DNA of 55,498 nucleotides, the filler included, from Sluysia triapertura (lineage: Eukaryota), in NCBI GenBank assembly GCA_046118255.1. It is 4 parts of 4 records of this genome, joined end to end, with 100 filler letters (N's around TTAATTAATTAA, not from the genome) between each part and the next. Parts side by side here need not be neighbours in the genome. Positions count along the whole stretch, not along the records: positions 41,009 to 55,498 come from JBJNIA010257073.1; 3 more parts are not named here. The stretch is one strand, 5' to 3'. The position numbers and the translations under genes are program-made. Position 1 is the stretch's first letter, and each line of letters opens with the position of its first letter. Positions 49,364-55,498 of the stretch are shown piece after piece. The notes beneath the pieces are model-generated. The model ran no database searches. It had not been told where the DNA came from and saw only the letters and a list, made by a program, of their open reading frames with translations.

Positions 49364-52210
49364 TTTTGATTATATTTGGTCCTTCGAGAGTGTACAATTT
49401 CACGCTATCAGCAGACAGTTTTTCTATTAGATTAAGTAAGCCTTTACTGATAAGTTATTGACCCTATTTGTTCGGTCTTAAAATCATACTCAAAATCACT
49501 ATCATATTTGTTTTTAGAAAAAACTCAAAGGTAAACTCTGAGTCAAAATCCTACAACAAATTTTAAAAAATTGTATTTTTATTATATTATATTAAACTGT
49601 TTGTAAATTGTACTGTTCTTATTACTTTGATATATAATTGCATATTATTAAAAAAGTTTTGTATTACATTGTTCTAATAAAAGTTCCTGAACCTATTTTG
49701 TTTTTTATTTATTATTAAAAAGATAAAGAATAAGGATTTATTAAAATCGTTGACATAAGAAGATTAATAATTTATAATTAAAGTTTCAAGAAAATAGAGA
49801 ATTATTAACACTACGTAGATAGAAGTTTTTTGTGTTTTATAATTAAAGCCATAAAGATAAAAAGTTTATTAACCTTAAAAGATAAGGAATATACTTTAAG
49901 AGATAAATTAAAGATTTCGAAGCGTGATCATAAAATAAAATTATTACGTAAAGTTCATTTAGATAAAGATATAATCTATTAGCCTTTTAAAGGAATAGTA
50001 AACATACTTTGGGAAATAAATTAATTCAGAAGATAAAAAGCATAAGATAATACGCATAAAAAGTTTTACTGACCTTCAGTTTTTGTGAACGTCCTTATAG
50101 GTAAGATAAATCGTTTAGCGTAGTCGGAACCAGCTTCTAAAATTTATTTTATAATTGTTCAAGTAGATAGAAACCGAACATCTTCATCGGAAGGTCTCTT
50201 TAAAACATATAAAATTGGATTTACAATTTTAAAATAGCATTCCTCATCAAAAGTTATTCACACAAAAATATTTTTTCTTAAATTAAGTTGATTAAGATTT
50301 TGTTAGTGGTTTATTTCTGTATAAAAGCTAACAATTATAATTTTTGTAAAAGAACGGGTTCTTCTGTATATTGCGCTTTATATCTGAGCGAAGACGCAAC
50401 AACAGATGTCAATTAAAATCAAAGAATAGCGAGGGTCAATATTTTATAAGCGAGCAATTCTTTTGAACAATCTTCTATTTCTTTAAAGAATCTTATTATT
50501 TCTTAAAGATTTATCAACGATGAACCTTAATACTTAAATGTTATTCAAAAAATATCTAAAATTGGTATTTTTAAATCTTAAAATTAAACCACTAGTGTTG
50601 AACTTTTCAATATTAAACTTCTTTATAAATAAACAAAATTATGAAGACTTAAGTTTTATTCTACAAAAATGAAGAAAATATATAATCAAAAATGACACAA
50701 AATAATATGTTAAACTAAACAAAATTGCAAAGGCGTTAAAAGTAAACAAAATCTATAACACAAAATAATTATAATATATGTAATAATATGATTAAAAATA
50801 AAGATTTTCCACTTTATTTTATGTTAAAAATTTTACAATTTTAGTTGATCCAGGTGTGATACTTGGCTTTAAATTTAAAACAGATTTTTAGTATGAGTTT
50901 AACACAAATTTTATAAATGTGAAAATCCTACAAATTATCAACTTACGTATTCTCAATATATAAATACGAATAACTCCAAAATCGCAAAGTGTTTATCAGC
51001 AAGTATATTCCCACAAGAATATATGTTTTTCAAACGAGTAGTTCCACAAAAACTTTTTCAACAATTAAGCTTCGCGAATAATTCCAAAAATTACGGTACT
51101 CTTTATTAAGCTTGTCAGATTTTTTGAGAATTTTCACATGAACGAGTCTTTTATATACGTGTTAACTTTCTTGAGATAAAAAAATTTTTATGTACATTTT
51201 ATTATTTTTTTACTACATTAATTTCTGATAAAAATTTTTTATGCGTCCATAAATCTTTTGCAAATTTTTATTACTAATATAATTCTTAAAATTTTTATTG
51301 TACAAAAAAAATTTTTACTAATATAATTTATTAAATTTTACAAATTTAAATTTACAATTTAAAAATCTTTACAATAAAATTAAAATTATTTACAGTTAAA
51401 ATTAAATTTATACAAATTTAGATTATTTACAATTTAAAAATATTTGTAAAAATATTGTTTTTATTCTCTACAAATTGTTTTGTTTTTCTTTTCTACATTT
51501 CAGCATTACAAGTCCAAATTTACCCTGTCTAATTTGTTATAGATAAAATAAGACACTTATTTATATCTTTATGAACTAAGTAATATTTATTTAAATATTT
51601 GTCTTCTTTTTTAAATTGAAAGTTTCTTTGTCCACTAAGAAAGTTTCTTTCTTCTTAATGAGAGTAGAACCAGTTCTTCGTAGCATTTTTATTCGTCTTA
51701 CTAAAATTTAATAGATTCATTTTCGAGTATCTGAAGCAAAACTATACAAAATTTTATTCATTTTATTTACATGAATGATGATGACTCTAAATTGAGTAGA
51801 AATAAAAATTCTATATAGTTCAGATTTAATACTTTTTGATTATAGCATTTTTCGTTCACTGTGTTGAAGTAAAGACTTTAAGTACTCCAAATAAATAAAT
51901 AAGTATATAAATAAAATAAATAAATAAGTATACATATAATGCATTGATAAAATGGACCAATGGCACAGTATTACGAAATGGTCCTTGGTTCAAATTCTGA
52001 TCACTCATTCTCTGAAGTCCAAACACAAAAATCTGTTTAGTAGGATAAATCTGTAAATTATTTAAAGTTATGCCATTTAATATTATCACATTTTTTAACA
52101 TTATTGTTGAAATAAGATTTTATATGATAATAAATTTAATATATAATTAAATATTAAAAAATATTACATAAAAGTGTTAAACAAGATAAGTATAAATTAA
52201 ATATTTATAG

Positions 52211-52645
52211 CTGCTTCTCCACGTCACTGTCCTGACGGATGGCGTGAAATAGGAAAAGACAATCCGCGTTGTATTAGTATCATAAATAAGCCAACGACTG
52301 CCCTGGAAGCTTATTTGGAATGCGCCAAATATGGAGGTGATTTGGCTACAATTGATTCGTTTCAAGATTCAGAACAAATACAAGAAAGACTACTTCGATT
52401 CGGTTTAATTACAGGTTCTTTATGGATTGGATTGCAAAGAAATATTGCCCATCGTGCTTCTGTCAATAAATTACTATGGGAATACAATGGAAAACAGAAT
52501 TTGTTTGACAATCGAAAAAGTAAAGACGATTCTATAATTACTGAGCCAGATTTGGAATGTTTTGTGGTGATACCAGGAGGAAAATGGAGATCTGTTAAGT
52601 GTAATGAGAAACAGAATGGATTCTTGTGTCAACGTCCTCAAGATA
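52211..52645 (+). CDS. Multi-C-type-lectin-domain protein (mannose-receptor-like), exon encoding one complete CTLD
   Basis: TAG acceptor; HCPDGW..RC..EAYLECAKYGGDLATIDS..LWIGLQ..ECFVV..GKWRSVKCNEKQNGFLCQRP; phase-1 boundaries at both ends. Confidence 0.9.
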
Positions 52646-52717
52646 GTTTGTTTCGACTTTTATTTATACTTATTTGTCATGTTATGTACGATACACTTTA
52701 TTGTATTTGTTGAAATA

Positions 52718-53445
52718 TGTCGATAAATATATCGATAATATGTTTTATTAAATTTTTTCAGTCATGTCGTTAAAATAGTTCTTTTATGTGAAAATATAGA
52801 TAGATGACTACTATCCAAATAAAGTAGCAAAAATATTGATCTATTCTTTAGACGCTTTGAGGAAATATATGATATATATCCATCAGACAAGCATATTTGA
52901 ATTAGAAATTCAATGTTTAAGGAAAGTCCTAAAATAATACAATATTCATGTTATCAATCAATCATTAGAAAACTCGTATTTCAGTCTGTCATTAGAATAA
53001 TAAGATTCTCATGAAACAGATGAGGTTCATATGAAATCTACAGATGTTCAGCTTTATTTAAGCATGTTTTACTTTTATTTCGTGTCTGAATTAAGAGGCT
53101 GTTTCAAGTTCAGTAAATTAATTATCTTACTAATAACCATCTTAGTAAGCCTTGATGAATTTTTTTTAAATATTACGAAATAAATAAATTTTAAGCTGAA
53201 GTTAGTATGGAATCAACTATAATATATAATTACCAAAAAAGCAAGAGTAGAATTCAAAATCATGATGGTAATCTATAAATAATTAAGTTATGAAAGTCCT
53301 GAATATATTTTGGAGTAAAAAGAATGAATGTCTTTAATAAATAACAATTTATACAGAATAAACATTTTATACCCGAAAATTATGAAATATTTAAAAAGAA
53401 TTACGGCGTTTATTTAACATCGATAATTTATGTTTATCGATAATT
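52718..53445 (+). mobile_element. Possible degraded hAT-like element in the lectin intron
   Basis: ATCGATAA-containing inverted motifs at both ends; KRLF..SKLI...N.L resembles the hAT dimerisation motif ER.FS..K.I...RN.L. Confidence 0.3.
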
Positions 53446-53530
53446 CAATTTAGTTTTATATTCAAATATTTTATTGCATTTTTCATTTTATAATATATCC
53501 GTTTGAAATGTAAAATTATTAAATATTTAG

Positions 53531-53728
53531 TATTTGATCGTTGTCCATCATCTTCTGAATATTTTAATGGTAAGTGTTATCGACCAACTACAGTAAATAC
53601 TTTACCAAATGCTGAAAAAGTTTGTAAAAGTAGTGGCGGTGAATTGATTTCTATAGCAACAATTGGGGAACAGAAATTCCTAGAAGATTATTTACTAAAT
53701 AATAATATTGTTCAAGATCAATGGATTG
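53531..53728 (+). CDS. C-type lectin gene, second CTLD, first half
   Basis: FDRCPSSSEYFNGKCY..AEKVCKSSGGELISIATIGEQKFL..QWI(G); AG/GT, in phase with the previous exon. Confidence 0.9.
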
Positions 53729-53771
53729 GTATTTATTTATTTATTCATATTGTGTTTTAATAAATATATAG

Positions 53772-53966
53772 GTTTAAAAGAAGATGTATCGATTTCGCAG
53801 CAATATTCCTGGACAGATCAGAGCCTATATGAATATAAAAATTGGAACAAGAATGAACCAAGTTTGAACGAAACTGGAAATTGTGTTGTAGTTACCAAAG
53901 TTGACCAAAAATATCCTTGGGCTGAAAGAAAATGTACTGATAAAAATGGTGGTATTTGTGAATATG
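53772..53966 (+). CDS. C-type lectin gene, second CTLD, second half
   Basis: After a 43-bp GT-AG intron: (G)LKED..YSWTDQSLYEYKNWNKNEPSLNETGNCVVV..WAERKCTDKNGGICEY. Confidence 0.9.
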
Positions 53967-54299
53967 GTTAAATTTTATTTATATATATTAAATTATATTT
54001 GCATAATTTTTTTCAAATTTTTGTTACGAATTTTTTCAAATATTCATATTAAAAAATAATATGATAATAAAATAATCAAATAATTTGATCTAGTGGAGAA
54101 GTATGAAAAAGAAAGTTCTGAAAAAGAGGGAACAAATGATAATTCTGTTGAAGAGGTAGAAGATGCAGTAATGACAGGATACGAAGCCTATCAGTATGCA
54201 ACAAAACTTGAAAAATACTTCAATAGTCGTTGGTTTTACACTATTCCGTGCCTTCGAAGTCTAAATCAACCTTTTTGCACTATATCTCTTGTGTATAAT

Positions 54300-54700
54300 G
54301 TTACACAAGAAGTTGAATAAGAGAAGACATATTAGTTGAGAAAAAGAATAATTCGATGTTGCTCATTTCGAAGTCTTCTGGGTCAATAGGTGCTTTGTCT
54401 AACAATAATAAAATATACTATTCATTATACTATGCAAATCTTTTAACCAATCTTGAAAAATTGTTAACGTCATCTAAAACTTTGTATTCCAAGGGTAATA
54501 AACATAGTTTTTCTATATAGAAATCTTTAAAACAACAAGGTTTCTCCGATCTGCCTATCATTAAAGGTTTTAACTCCTTCCACGACTATTCCGTTATGTT
54601 CACGAGCTGACATTAGTCGCTATTCAACTACAATGACAACCACATTAGGTTCACCAGCTTTCCATGTCGATCAACAATAATTACCACGACGTGTCTCATG
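54300..54700 (-). mobile_element. Tigger/pogo DDE transposase remnant
   Basis: LKPLMIGRSEKPCCFK..MTLTIFQDWLK..ILLLLDKAPIDP..SNIELFF..TNMSSLIQ matches KPLVIGKS..PRCFK..WMT..IF..WL..ILLLLDNAP.HP..NI.L.FLPPNTTS.IQP. Confidence 0.85.
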
Positions 54701-55423
54701 TTATGTATATGTTTCTTGTTTGTAATACCCAATTATAAGTTAATAAATTAAAATATGTAAAAAAATTACACATTTTTGTACGTTTTATTCTAGCGCAAGT
54801 AGAATAATGTTATTCATTCTTATTCATTAGTCATATTAAGGTAATTTTTTTACTTGACAACACAAAAAAAATTAAAAAAATCACCTTAAGATGACTAACG
54901 AATAAGAATAGTTTCAGCCTCTTCTAATTCAAAATACTTTTCGATTTCATCGATATGCTGCATATAAACTTTATTCTATGAAGATTATCATAAGAATTGT
55001 AAAGACGTTTACTATTTTATTAATAGATTGCTTCTTGCCATATAAATAAACTTTAGACAAATAAAGTAGTACTATGAAATAGTAGTAATATGAAGTAGTT
55101 TTAATATATATAAATAAACTTTAGGCAAACCCAATTGACACACCTTTTCATAATAAATATAACGACAATAATTACTATAACTATTATCATTTTTCATTTG
55201 CGAATAAAATATTTTTATAATATTGTTTAAATACACTTAATTACGATGTTACTTTTTTGAATTTTTGTAAGTTTTTGACAGTTTTTATTTTTGTACATCT
55301 TAATATATATCTTAATCTTATTTAATAGCATTCTGATTTTTACATTGATTTTACAATCAGTATTTGTAGTTAATTTAGAATTCACAAATACATTTCCTCA
55401 CTACACTTTAATCATAATTCCTA

Positions 55424-55425
<2 letters not shown>

Positions 55426-55498
<73 letters not shown>
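55426..55498. repeat. (AAT)n microsatellite running to the window end
   Basis: Perfect run. Confidence 0.95.

Noticed and set aside
51856-52101. Additional lectin exon (WTNGTVLRNGPW on +) or capsid fragment (on -)
   Set aside because: The plus frame hits a stop with no suitable splice sites, and the minus ORF lacks convincing motifs.

Overview
Very AT-rich eukaryotic genomic DNA, almost certainly from an invertebrate animal. It is made of four contigs joined by artificial N-TTAATTAATTAA-N linkers (12762-12861, 23851-23950, 40909-41008), so adjacency across those joins is not biological. Recognisable spliced host genes are five phase-compatible exons of the patatin domain of calcium-independent phospholipase A2 beta (PLA2G6/iPLA2, 28643-38254), a multi-C-type-lectin-domain gene (52211-53966, including a 43-bp intron) and a PLAC8/cornifelin exon (20013-20127). 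A tRNA-Gln(TTG) with a destroyed 5' acceptor strand sits between two tandem copies of an orphan ORF. Most of the remaining DNA is decayed mobile DNA that the ORF track misses. It includes two Polinton/Maverick (adintovirus-like) relics, carrying protein-primed PolB, major and minor capsid genes and a possible parvoviral-type PLA2 motif, plus mariner, Tc1-like, piggyBac, Tigger/pogo and L2/CR1 fragments. The most unusual stretch (about 41.5-48.7 kb) is a dense cluster of intronless, pseudogenised ORFs. It contains apparent host-derived modules: a MOZART1 (MZT1)-like protein with a tandemly amplified C-terminal helix, a PIAS-type SP-RING SUMO-ligase module with two SIM-like motifs, and a multi-zinc-finger ORF. 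A possible Fanzor/TnpB-like RuvC-I fragment lies near 50.8 kb. All family assignments come from manual translation and motif recognition; no database searches were run.
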